A DNA stretch of 64,000 nt from the IMG/VR virus record IMGVR_UViG_3300032320_002688, positions 1 to 64,000 of that record. One strand, given 5' to 3'. Shown here in pieces: positions 46,073-55,245 of the stretch. The translations under genes were made by a program, and so were the position numbers. Source of the stretch: a virus. Lineage: Duplodnaviria > Heunggongvirae > Uroviricota > Caudoviricetes. Under the pieces are notes generated by a model, which saw only the letters and a program-made list of their open reading frames with translations, was not told where the DNA came from and ran no database searches. The first letter of the stretch is position 1; each line of letters begins with the position of its first letter.

Positions 46073-46867
46073 TTATTTAATGTAACTTTTAAATTTATTT
46101 ACATTAAAGGTAATATCTTCTATTCGCTCTTCCAAGTTCATTTCGAAATAATGTTCTAATTTATTTGCTGGTTTGAAATCAATCCCATTATCAGCATAAC
46201 GAACACCCTCGGCTCCAACTAATATTGGATTAGATGTATCTACTGATTTAATAAATTTCCAATCACTATAAGACATAAATTCTTGAGGCAATGAACAACC
46301 TAATAAATGATGGTACAATGTTTTTCTAATAGTACCAGACTCAACTAAGCGTCTGATGAACTCCATTCTACCATGCATTGATGCTTTTAATGGCAGTAAA
46401 TCAGCAACTATTGGATACATTTCTTGATAGGCAACACTAGAATGATTAAATGCAATATGTGTATAACCTAAATCAACTAATGTTTGATATGTTGTAACTA
46501 ACTCACCTATATCTTGTCCTTGGCATACTGCCATTAAATTAACACCCTCAGGTAAATGTTGTTTATAATTAATCATCCAACTTTTAGCATTTCTAATTGT
46601 TGCTGACGAATCATTCCATTCATCTGGGACAATAAAAACATCAGGACGAATTAAATGGATTTTTTCAATTAAATCTTCTGTTGTATGAGTTACTCCTTCA
46701 AATAAACCATTATCCATAATAATAAAGCGTTTATCTGAACGAGATTGCTCGAAAAATGTTCTGTATTGAATATACTTATCAATTAAATGAGGAAGACAAT
46801 AATCATAGTCATTCCATTGATATGCGTTTTGCATTAAGCTAAGAGGTAACTCATGACTTACTTTCAT
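46073..46867 (-). CDS. dpdA: tRNA-guanine transglycosylase-fold protein, DpdA-like
   Basis: IIMDNGLFEGV resembles the TGT nucleophile motif (L/M)TDSGG(F/Y)Q; size and position within the queCDE-folE cluster. Confidence 0.45.
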   Translation of the reverse strand: MKVSHELPLSLMQNAYQWNDYDYCLPHLIDKYIQYRTFFEQSRSDKRFIIMDNGLFEGVTHTTEDLIEKIHLIRPDVFIVPDEWNDSSATIRNAKSWMINYKQHLPEGVNLMAVCQGQDIGELVTTYQTLVDLGYTHIAFNHSSVAYQEMYPIVADLLPLKASMHGRMEFIRRLVESGTIRKTLYHHLLGCSLPQEFMSYSDWKFIKSVDTSNPILVGAEGVRYADNGIDFKPANKLEHYFEMNLEERIEDITFNVNKFKSYIK

Positions 46868-47084
46868 ACTTATGTAATTTTTTAGTTAATTTATCTATTT
46901 GAAGTTGACAAAACCATTTACCCATATTACCAGAGGCATTGTTATATTTTTCCTTCCATTCATTTATTTTTTTATGAATAGGAGCATTAGCTTTATTAAG
47001 TATATCAATGTCGTAATAGCTATTATTTTCTAACATTGGATCATTATTATCCTTCATATATAGCGCTGTTTCTTTCATTCTCAA
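46851..47084 (-). CDS. hypothetical protein
   Basis: 77-aa ORF. Confidence 0.35.
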   Translation of the reverse strand: MRMKETALYMKDNNDPMLENNSYYDIDILNKANAPIHKKINEWKEKYNNASGNMGKWFCQLQIDKLTKKLHKYESKS

Positions 47085-47514
47085 AAAATTCTACTTGTAC
47101 TATTTTAACTCTACCATTTGTTTCTTCTTGTACAAATGTATTTAGTTTTTCATAAATGAATTTAGCAAATTGTTCTGCACCAACAGGACCTTCTAATAAT
47201 CTAAGTTGAACAATACCTTTCTTATCCATTTCCTTAAATAATTCTACTTCAGGATCATCTGGTGCTATAACAGTAGTATGATCGAACATGTAGTCCATCC
47301 ATTGTTTAGCATTCATACCGTCAATGGTAGTTTTTGCTCGTTTCATTCCTCCAAAGTCCCAAACCCAATTTCTGTGGTCTAATTCTCCTTCAAATGTTAC
47401 TTTAAATTCAATGTCATATCCGTGTAGGAACTTACAATGTGTTCCCTCAGCAGCCCATTGACGAAAAACAGTACTAAAACCATTAAATAATTTTGTTGAT
47501 TGAAATTTACTCAT
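47047..47514 (-). CDS. queD: 6-carboxy-5,6,7,8-tetrahydropterin synthase-like
   Basis: EGTHCKFLHGYD corresponds to the QueD CxxxHGH region (here HGY); DFGGMK and FDHTT blocks. Confidence 0.65.
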   Translation of the reverse strand: MSKFQSTKLFNGFSTVFRQWAAEGTHCKFLHGYDIEFKVTFEGELDHRNWVWDFGGMKRAKTTIDGMNAKQWMDYMFDHTTVIAPDDPEVELFKEMDKKGIVQLRLLEGPVGAEQFAKFIYEKLNTFVQEETNGRVKIVQVEFFENERNSAIYEG

Positions 47515-48031
47515 ATGTTATTTTTTTAGGTCTACCTCTTTTTTTACCAAAATTATTAAAATCAGGTACGGGGTGACGTTTTACTTGATATTTTTCTTGT
47601 AATTGAATATACAACTCCTCTAGTGTACCATCAAAATCAGATGCTATTTCTTCTACTGTTTCTTTAGGTAATCTAAGTGTTCGTTTACATTCTTTATAAA
47701 ATCCTTCTAAACGTTCAGGTTCGTCTTTTTCAAAATCCTTCATCAAACGTCTATGACGTTCTCTAAATAATGTTTGTGCTTCATGTCGTGAAGAAGGATG
47801 GGTGATATGTCCTGTTTTTTCTTCCATTTCTAACAAGGCGTATTGTGCTTGCCAGTAATAATGAGAAAAATCAAAATCACCATTACGAATTTTATCTACA
47901 GCATAAGCATACTTAGATAATTCTTTTTGTTTAGATCTAAATTTTCTCCACCAAAAAAATTGATTGTAATTAAGACGTTGTAACTTATTTACTTCACGTA
48001 AAATTGTTTCTTTGCTGTGTGTAATTGACAT
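47507..48031 (-). CDS. hypothetical protein with C-terminal AT-hook
   Basis: 174 aa; C-terminus GKKRGRPKK (RGRP AT-hook core). Confidence 0.45.
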   Translation of the reverse strand: MSITHSKETILREVNKLQRLNYNQFFWWRKFRSKQKELSKYAYAVDKIRNGDFDFSHYYWQAQYALLEMEEKTGHITHPSSRHEAQTLFRERHRRLMKDFEKDEPERLEGFYKECKRTLRLPKETVEEIASDFDGTLEELYIQLQEKYQVKRHPVPDFNNFGKKRGRPKKITYE

Positions 48032-48034
48032 AAC

Positions 48035-48226
48035 CTATTTATTTGGCGTAAATTTAAGTATCTTTTCTGAGATAACCACCCTTCCCTTAGTATGTTTTGG
48101 TTCGTAAGGACAATGTCGACATCCATTACCGCAACATTGGCCGCGTCTAATGTGAGCGAGCGCTGTGAATATCACGCGCTCGCCTTCTATATAGTAATCA
48201 ACTTTATTTGTGAGTTCTTTACTCAT
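48035..48226 (-). CDS. Cys-rich mini-protein
   Basis: 63 aa; QCCGNGCRHCPY. Confidence 0.4.
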   Translation of the reverse strand: MSKELTNKVDYYIEGERVIFTALAHIRRGQCCGNGCRHCPYEPKHTKGRVVISEKILKFTPNK

Positions 48227-48227
48227 A

Positions 48228-50078
48228 TTACACTATTTCACAAGCGCCTCCAGCACACGCTACTTGATCCATTAACGCTGTATCATCAGTATATTCAACG
48301 ATTTTACTTAAATCAATATTGTGGAGATGCTGAGCCATTTCTTCAAATTGTTCTTCAGTAATGTCTTCAAAGGGAGCTTGTTTATATGTACCTCCAAAAT
48401 AAGGTAATACTGATAAACCATTAAATGTTTCTTTATTTTCCCACATCCACTTACCTACTTTTTCCCATTCATGTTCTTGAATTGATACTGTAGCAGATAC
48501 GTTGTTTGTGTTAGCACCTTTTCTATGTCCTTTTTTAACCCATTGTGTATTAAATTTCTTAACACGTTCAAGCATATCCATTACATCTTCAGTTCTTAAA
48601 ATAGAACCTACTGGTGCTTTTTGTGGTACAGAAATTACAGCTTGAATTGTTGGTTTGAAGAAATCATCTTCAACTAATTCAGGGTGATTACTAGCTAAGT
48701 GAGAATATATAGCTTCGTTTTTACCTACACGAATACGTCTAATATAAAAATCATTGTGCCAAGCATGAATACCACTTGATGTACCTAATACTAATGATGA
48801 AGTACCTGATGGTTTAACTGTTGTTACACGAGCAGCTTTATTTACACCTATAATTTCAGCAACACGAGCGTTTTCTGTTTTAGCTAAATCAGCTGCTTTT
48901 TTCAAGTCATAAGCTAATATAGTTCCAGAACCAATACCTGTCATACCAACGCCTAATAAAGCGTCTTTTTCGGTTGTTTTACGCCATACATCTCTTAAGT
49001 AATGGAAATCAGTGTATGCTGCTTGTAATGTACCAATAAAGGCACCTACACGTACTCTTTCGTTTAAGTCTTCTTGTGATTCAACATTTGAAACGTTTAC
49101 TTCACATAAGTTACAGAACTGATAAGAACGTAAAGCAATTTCACAACATGGGTTTGTACCCCAATCTTTATCATTTGAAAAGTAAATTCCAGGTTCGCCT
49201 GAATTGCTTAATTCAATTTTCTTCCATAATTTAAAGAATTCTTCTTCATCAATTTTATGACGAATAACAACTGCAGAGTTATTTGCTCTACCACGTTGTG
49301 GATTCTCTTCCCACCAATTACCAAATTTACATGTTAACATTTCTTCATCATCTAAGTTGAATAATGAAATTAATGCTGCACGTCTAATACCACCACTTAA
49401 TACGGCATCAGCAATATGACAAGCCATATCATGAGCATCTAATGGGGTTAATCTATCACCATTTTTCTTTCTGTCAAGTACTTTTTGTAAGTTAAATAAA
49501 CATTCTTTTAATGGTTCAGGACCAGGTGCTTTACCACCTACAGTGATTAATTGAGCACCTTTTGGTCTAATATCTCTAAAATCAAATAGAGGTAATGGAG
49601 CTCCTGTAAAATATGCTTTACAAAGCATTCTAACAGCATCAGCCCATCCTTCAATAGAATCACCAATTAGATATCTTTTTGATTTAATAGGTATTTTAAT
49701 TTCTGGCAATTGCTCAATATGATGTCTTTGAACACTATATCCAACTCCACATCCACTCAACAACAAAAACATTATTTCGCTGAATGAACGCCAATCATCA
49801 ATAGGTAAAAAAGAACAATTAAATATACGAGCATTATTAAGTTCAATGGGTTTGCCCGCGAACTGTAAGCTACGCATTGATGGTAATACTTTTTTATCGT
49901 AGACCAATTTATAAGCTTCTTCGATTTCATCTTTTAATTTAGGAAATTTTGTTTGATGCATTTCCTTATTTCTTGTTACTAATTCTTCCCATGTTTCTCT
50001 TCTGTTCAGTGTGGGAACAAACTTTGCATACTTCATGTATGTAGTTATGTCACTGAGGATACCTTGCGTTACGTCCAT
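48228..50078 (-). CDS. ribonucleotide reductase catalytic subunit (probably class II, B12-dependent)
   Basis: 616 aa; RNR active-site Cys region NCSFLP; C-terminal redox tail CAGGACEIV; no ATP cone and no small subunit seen in the window. Confidence 0.8.
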   Translation of the reverse strand: MDVTQGILSDITTYMKYAKFVPTLNRRETWEELVTRNKEMHQTKFPKLKDEIEEAYKLVYDKKVLPSMRSLQFAGKPIELNNARIFNCSFLPIDDWRSFSEIMFLLLSGCGVGYSVQRHHIEQLPEIKIPIKSKRYLIGDSIEGWADAVRMLCKAYFTGAPLPLFDFRDIRPKGAQLITVGGKAPGPEPLKECLFNLQKVLDRKKNGDRLTPLDAHDMACHIADAVLSGGIRRAALISLFNLDDEEMLTCKFGNWWEENPQRGRANNSAVVIRHKIDEEEFFKLWKKIELSNSGEPGIYFSNDKDWGTNPCCEIALRSYQFCNLCEVNVSNVESQEDLNERVRVGAFIGTLQAAYTDFHYLRDVWRKTTEKDALLGVGMTGIGSGTILAYDLKKAADLAKTENARVAEIIGVNKAARVTTVKPSGTSSLVLGTSSGIHAWHNDFYIRRIRVGKNEAIYSHLASNHPELVEDDFFKPTIQAVISVPQKAPVGSILRTEDVMDMLERVKKFNTQWVKKGHRKGANTNNVSATVSIQEHEWEKVGKWMWENKETFNGLSVLPYFGGTYKQAPFEDITEEQFEEMAQHLHNIDLSKIVEYTDDTALMDQVACAGGACEIV

Positions 50079-50117
50079 TTTGTTTGTGAATGTTTAAAAA
50101 TTGTTATCTGCCTTATG

Positions 50118-50378
50118 TTATAATAATTCTTTAATCGCCTGAATATAGGCTGATTTAGGTTTTGCTCCTATAATTTTATTTACTACTTCTCCGTCTTTTT
50201 CAAGTATAATAGCAGGAATACTTGTTATAGAATAAGCTTGAGCTATAGCCTTATTTGTATCTACATCGATATCTATATAATTAACTCCGGATATTTCTCC
50301 TTTTATTTGTTCGAAAACAGGAGATAATGCCTTACACGGACCGCACCATGCAGCCGAGAATTTAAGAACCTTTACCAT
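50118..50378 (-). CDS. thioredoxin
   Basis: 86 aa; WCGPC active site. Confidence 0.85.
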   Translation of the reverse strand: MVKVLKFSAAWCGPCKALSPVFEQIKGEISGVNYIDIDVDTNKAIAQAYSITSIPAIILEKDGEVVNKIIGAKPKSAYIQAIKELL

Positions 50379-50414
50379 AATATTTTTGATTTGTGGGCAT
50401 AAATATAGTATATA

Positions 50415-51794
50415 CTATGATTCCATTTTAAGCTTTAAAAAATTACTTAGATGTTTTTTTTCATCTGTACTTACTCCTCCATTGAAAGGAGTATTTGTAG
50501 GTCTTGAAGAAGGATTATCCATTCCGTCTTCATCCATTGCTTCTTCATCCATTTCAATATGACCAGTGGATGTATCTATTTTAGCAAAATATGTTGAACC
50601 ATCCATTCCATAACGATTTTTCATTATATGAAAACGACCTGTTCCATTTACTTTATCTTGACGTTTTCTTGATAATGACATTGCGAAGTCAGTAATCATA
50701 ATTTTATCATATGAACCTGCTGCTTTATCACCTTCAATAACATCATCTTTGGCACCTGCTCTATTAACTTGAGATACTGACCAAACAGGAACATTTAATT
50801 CACGAGCTAAGCCTTTTGTAGCTAAATATATATCATCAATTTCTTCTTTCTTTTCTTTACTACTACGTTTAGAACGAAGTAAATCCACATAGTCAATAAT
50901 AACTAAATCTGGTTTATTATCTAAATCTGTTAGTTTTTGAATGTGTGATTGAATTGTTGTTATAGTTGCTTTTCCGGGTGGATATTCTTTGATTGTAAGG
51001 GTACCTGGTAATTCAGCTACTGCTTTTTCTACGTCCGCTCTAAAGCTACTAATTACATTAACTGCTTTATTGGCGAAATAAGCATCATATCGTTTACCGA
51101 CATAACCTTCACTTAATTCTAAAGTGTAATGAACTACATTATATCCTAATCTTACAGCCCAAGCACCTAAGGCAACTAAAGTCCATGACTTACCACCTCC
51201 AGGATTACCAAATATTAATCCAAAATCTCCATTACCTAAACCACCACATAACAAATCATTAACTAAATCCCAAGGAGTGGGAACTACTTCACGTACTTCA
51301 TCTCTATATCGGGTTTCAATATCTTTGTTATATTCGTGACCTATATTTTTGTCTTGACCTGCTTTTAAAGCATTATCAACAATAGTTCTAATATCGTCAT
51401 ACATTCCCGACTGTAGGAGATCCACAGACTGGAGCAACGCTGATTTAAGTTGTTGGTTCTTGCAAAAATTACTAAATTCTTCTTCCACATATTCATTATC
51501 ATCATTAGCAACTTTAAATGTTTCTTTTAACTGCTCAACAACAGCAGTTTTTAAGACATCATTTTCAATTTTTTTTACTTCTACTTGTAGTGTTTCTAAA
51601 GTAGGCGTTGCATGATACTTATCAAAATAAGATAAGGTTGTTTTAATTATCCATTGATGTGCTTGACTATCAAAGTAGTCAGGAGTAATGGTATCACGTA
51701 TTGTAAGGATAAATTTTTTATTCTTTAATAGTGAATTTAAAATTTTGACTTGAAATCCAAGTCCGTACTGAGATAACTTATTAAATGCAACCAT
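50415..51794 (-). CDS. replicative DNA helicase (DnaB/gp41-like)
   Basis: Walker A GNPGGGKSW; RecA-fold C-terminal domain; 459 aa. Confidence 0.75.
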   Translation of the reverse strand: MVAFNKLSQYGLGFQVKILNSLLKNKKFILTIRDTITPDYFDSQAHQWIIKTTLSYFDKYHATPTLETLQVEVKKIENDVLKTAVVEQLKETFKVANDDNEYVEEEFSNFCKNQQLKSALLQSVDLLQSGMYDDIRTIVDNALKAGQDKNIGHEYNKDIETRYRDEVREVVPTPWDLVNDLLCGGLGNGDFGLIFGNPGGGKSWTLVALGAWAVRLGYNVVHYTLELSEGYVGKRYDAYFANKAVNVISSFRADVEKAVAELPGTLTIKEYPPGKATITTIQSHIQKLTDLDNKPDLVIIDYVDLLRSKRSSKEKKEEIDDIYLATKGLARELNVPVWSVSQVNRAGAKDDVIEGDKAAGSYDKIMITDFAMSLSRKRQDKVNGTGRFHIMKNRYGMDGSTYFAKIDTSTGHIEMDEEAMDEDGMDNPSSRPTNTPFNGGVSTDEKKHLSNFLKLKMES

Positions 51795-51803
51795 ATTGTT
51801 TTT

Positions 51804-52892
51804 TTATTTGTATGATGTAAGATACGAAAAAGTATTTGATAACCAAAATTCTACATTGGGAATCGAGTTACCTAAGAAATCTTCGTTATACATCCTTAAG
51901 AAATCTGTTCTATTCATTTTGAAGGGAGAAGTTGAAATTAATTCCTCAAGTTCAGCAACTGCCTCTTCTGTCAACACTGGATTAGTTAAATCCATTAGTT
52001 GTCTATTAATATTAAGCTGATGTTTGAAATTAACTATATTACCATACAAGGCATGTTCATTAATTTTTTGTTCAGCGGTTTCCATTACATGTTTGAAAGT
52101 GTATTTTTCATCATTAACAAACTCAGGAAATAATTTTAATAGTTTTTTATCACCTAATCCTTTTACTCCTGGTAAGTTATCAGAATCATCCCCTGTTAAT
52201 ATTTTATAGTTAATAAAATTAGCAGCAGATACTTTATATTCATCCTTCACCATAGCAGGTGTATAGAATTTCTTCTTAATAGGAGAATAAACTGATACTT
52301 TAGGACTTACTAATTGTAAAAAGTCTTTATCAGCAGACATAATTACTACTTCACCTGGTAAGTGGGTAGCTAAATACCCGATAACGTCGTCTGCTTCTAT
52401 TTTATCAATGGCAACTAAATTAACAGGAAGTTGTTGTAAATAATCAATTAACCTAACAATTTGGTTTTCAATAGATTCAGATTCTTCTTCTTTGCTATTA
52501 AGTGTTTCCCAATGGGTAACTTTAATAAGTTTTCTATTTGCTTTGTATTCAGGATAAAGGTATTTTCTATTTGTAGTACTACCTGCTCCTTCAAAACATA
52601 AGATAACTCTTGTTGGTTTAATATGATTAATTGCAAAACCTATTGATTTTAAAAAACCAGTAAGTCCTCCTATATGATGCCCTTGATAATTAAGGTGCTG
52701 TATCATTGTAAAACACCTTAAAAAGGTATTCATAGAATCTATCAGAAGCACCTTGCTATTTAAATGCAAGGGCTCCTGTTTTGATTCTTTTATATTATCG
52801 AGTAAGGATTTAAAAAACGCTTTATTGCTCATTTGTTTCAAGTTCAGTTGGTTCGTTGTCAAATATGTCTCTGATATCTTCTTGCATTTCAT
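51804..52892 (-). CDS. 5'-3' exonuclease / flap endonuclease (T4 RNase H-like)
   Basis: VLLIDSMNTF, YKANRK, IEADDVIGYLA, SADKDFLQL, LTGDDSDNLPGVKGLG motifs of the FEN family. Confidence 0.8.
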   Translation of the reverse strand: MKCKKISETYLTTNQLNLKQMSNKAFFKSLLDNIKESKQEPLHLNSKVLLIDSMNTFLRCFTMIQHLNYQGHHIGGLTGFLKSIGFAINHIKPTRVILCFEGAGSTTNRKYLYPEYKANRKLIKVTHWETLNSKEEESESIENQIVRLIDYLQQLPVNLVAIDKIEADDVIGYLATHLPGEVVIMSADKDFLQLVSPKVSVYSPIKKKFYTPAMVKDEYKVSAANFINYKILTGDDSDNLPGVKGLGDKKLLKLFPEFVNDEKYTFKHVMETAEQKINEHALYGNIVNFKHQLNINRQLMDLTNPVLTEEAVAELEELISTSPFKMNRTDFLRMYNEDFLGNSIPNVEFWLSNTFSYLTSYK

Positions 52893-53928
52893 TTTCTTCT
52901 ACAATATCAAAGTCTTTAGTACCAAGAACTTGAAGCCATTCAGCTGAGTGAGCTTTTTTATACTCGTCAACTGCTTTTTTATCATCTTCAATAAAACCAT
53001 GAACTGTCATAATTGCAGCTCCTTTACTTGTAACCCCAGTGATGTGGTTTTTATCACAACTGATTTTAGTTCGTTTAGCAAACTCAACGTCTTTACCATT
53101 CTTAGTTGCTTTGATTTTATTAGTACCACTATTAGTAACATTACCAAAAGTAATAACTAATGAAGAATCAAAGAACATAGTGTCACCACCCTTATTTTTC
53201 ATTTTAGGTTGTTCCATTGGTGAGTTAGGTTTTGCTACCCATATTTTATTAACAGCAACTAATGTATTAGTGTATGGTTGATTTTCCTTACGTGATAATA
53301 CAACTTGTTGATTAATAAAGTTTCCAAATTGTTGAGACATAGCACCTGCGTTCCACTCGTTGTTATTCTTATTTGATTCAATACTTAATCTACAAGGAAT
53401 AGATCCTACTGAATCCCAGAAGAAACATAAGTTGTAAGGTAAAGCACCTGTTTTTTGTTCATGTAACAAATCAGCGATAAATGCAGCTACATCTTCAATA
53501 GTATTTAAGGCACCTCTATCTGTGTAGATAAAAAATCCTTTATAATCTACTACTTCACCTGTACTTTCATCAACTACAGGTTCAATTTCAAAACCCATTT
53601 GTTGAGCATGATCCCAGTTCCATTTCATTTCAGTAATGATGAATACTGGTAATACTCCCATCTTTTGTGCTGCTACTGCAGCTTCAAGTAATGCTGTTGT
53701 TTTACCTGTATCCGAGTGACCACGTAACAAAGTTATGTGGCCCATCGGAATACCAGGAATAGACAAAGTATCTTGAAAAGCTTTGGATAAAGGAATCCAT
53801 GTTTGTGGTTTGAACTTAACCGGTTGAGATAAAAACTTTGCAGTCTTAAATTTCTCTAAATCAAAAGTACCTTTTATTGCCTTTGATACGGATGAAGTTA
53901 AACTTTCTTCTTTTTTAGATTTTGCCAT
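52822..53928 (-). CDS. RecA/UvsX-like recombinase
   Basis: GHITLLRGHSDTGKTT Walker A in a RecA-like N-terminal core; acidic C-terminus; 71-nt overlap with the downstream gene suggests the true start or end may differ. Confidence 0.55.
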   Translation of the reverse strand: MAKSKKEESLTSSVSKAIKGTFDLEKFKTAKFLSQPVKFKPQTWIPLSKAFQDTLSIPGIPMGHITLLRGHSDTGKTTALLEAAVAAQKMGVLPVFIITEMKWNWDHAQQMGFEIEPVVDESTGEVVDYKGFFIYTDRGALNTIEDVAAFIADLLHEQKTGALPYNLCFFWDSVGSIPCRLSIESNKNNNEWNAGAMSQQFGNFINQQVVLSRKENQPYTNTLVAVNKIWVAKPNSPMEQPKMKNKGGDTMFFDSSLVITFGNVTNSGTNKIKATKNGKDVEFAKRTKISCDKNHITGVTSKGAAIMTVHGFIEDDKKAVDEYKKAHSAEWLQVLGTKDFDIVEENEMQEDIRDIFDNEPTELETNEQ

Positions 53929-53933
53929 AAATG

Positions 53934-54737
53934 TTATTCTTCGTCTTTAAATAAATCATCGAATTCTTCTTCATCGAAATCCTTCTTCTTTTTAACATTC
54001 AACTGTAAACCAGTTGTTTGTTTAGAAGGTGCTGTTTCTACTACTTCTTCTTCAGAATCTTCTGAATCTGTTGGTGTTAACCATTCTTGAAGTGTTTTCT
54101 TCATTTCGTCGAACTCATACTTTTTATATAAAGACATAACATCTGGTTGTTCAGCTAACCAAGTTTTAATTTGGTTGTTGTCTTCACTTAATGGTGTAGT
54201 CTTAGTACGTACACGAATAGAGGATTTGTTAAACTTAGTACCAGTAACTTCAGGTCCAACTGTATCAACGATAAAGTCACGACCATCCATAACATCAGTA
54301 TAATCTCCGATATCTTCATCTTCGGCCATACTTAACAAATCTAAATACATTTCTTTACCAAATTCCCAAAGGCGAACACCTTTGTCTTCTTCATTACGCA
54401 CAATAACAGGTGCGAAAATACGAAGTTTTGGTTCTAATTTTTTGGCCAATGACCAGTTTGCCTTATCACTTGTTTTGCGCAATTGAGCTGCAAATTCAAC
54501 GATAGGGTCTTTTTCACCGAAGTTGGTTAAAGCAATCATCATCCTGTTTCCGATGTTGTAGTGAATGTACGCTTCACGGAACGGATTAGCTTTATCAAAC
54601 TTAGACGGTACAATACGAATCGTAGTTTTACCTACGGTCGGACGCCAGAAATTTTTAGCGCGATCTTCCTTACCGGAATTTCCGCCTTTCGTCTTCTGTA
54701 GCGAATTGAGACGTGATTTGATTGTTTTTAAATCCAT
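53934..54737 (-). CDS. single-stranded DNA-binding protein, T4 gp32-like
   Basis: GKTTIRIVPSKFDKANPF aligns with gp32 AVIRFLPSKNDEQAPF; acidic C-terminal tail DFDEEEFDDLFKDEE. Confidence 0.7.
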   Translation of the reverse strand: MDLKTIKSRLNSLQKTKGGNSGKEDRAKNFWRPTVGKTTIRIVPSKFDKANPFREAYIHYNIGNRMMIALTNFGEKDPIVEFAAQLRKTSDKANWSLAKKLEPKLRIFAPVIVRNEEDKGVRLWEFGKEMYLDLLSMAEDEDIGDYTDVMDGRDFIVDTVGPEVTGTKFNKSSIRVRTKTTPLSEDNNQIKTWLAEQPDVMSLYKKYEFDEMKKTLQEWLTPTDSEDSEEEVVETAPSKQTTGLQLNVKKKKDFDEEEFDDLFKDEE

Positions 54738-54817
54738 ATAACTTGTTTTATGTTTGCGTAAATATAAGATGGAAACTTGAGGTAACCAAATTTTTCTTGC
54801 CCAGAAAAGGTCTTAAT

Positions 54818-55234
54818 CTAGATATTAATTATCTGATGTATCTTGGTGTCTAACTTTTTAAAGTCATCACCACGAGTCAATAATATACAATTGCGATAAT
54901 CGTTCCAATTAACCATGTATTTGCTGTCCATAATTCCTCCGTTTAGGGATTTAATCAGGGCATTCAAAGCATTAATTGTGTATAGTGTATTGCTCTCTTT
55001 CTTTCTATGTAATAATATAGTACCAGGGAGGATATCGTCAGTAACGTTGAATGAATCTACGTTGTAAGTACACACATACTCCTCAGTTGATGGGACATGA
55101 AGAACAAATATTTTATTAAATAAAATTTGATACTTACGTTTAACATCTTCAAGAACTAGTGGGAGATTTTCCTGTGTAGTAAAGGTACAAAATAACTTAT
55201 TTGCCAAATCTTCTAAGTTTAGTCTATTATCCAT
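54818..55234 (-). CDS. hypothetical protein
   Basis: 138-aa ORF. Confidence 0.45.
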   Translation of the reverse strand: MDNRLNLEDLANKLFCTFTTQENLPLVLEDVKRKYQILFNKIFVLHVPSTEEYVCTYNVDSFNVTDDILPGTILLHRKKESNTLYTINALNALIKSLNGGIMDSKYMVNWNDYRNCILLTRGDDFKKLDTKIHQIINI

Positions 55235-55245
55235 AAATATTGTAA

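Noticed and set aside
37891-50078. Inteins or homing-endonuclease insertions in the DNA polymerase or RNR
   Set aside because: Both proteins are of normal length with contiguous conserved motifs. No HNH, LAGLIDADG or GIY-YIG signatures were seen. The zinc-ribbon ORF at 14036..14665 has some homing-endonuclease-like flavour but no nuclease motif.
52822-52892. 71-nt overlap between the FEN-like exonuclease and UvsX-like genes as evidence of a programmed frameshift
   Set aside because: It is more likely that one gene uses an internal start or that the ORF track over-extends. No slippery heptamer was noticed.
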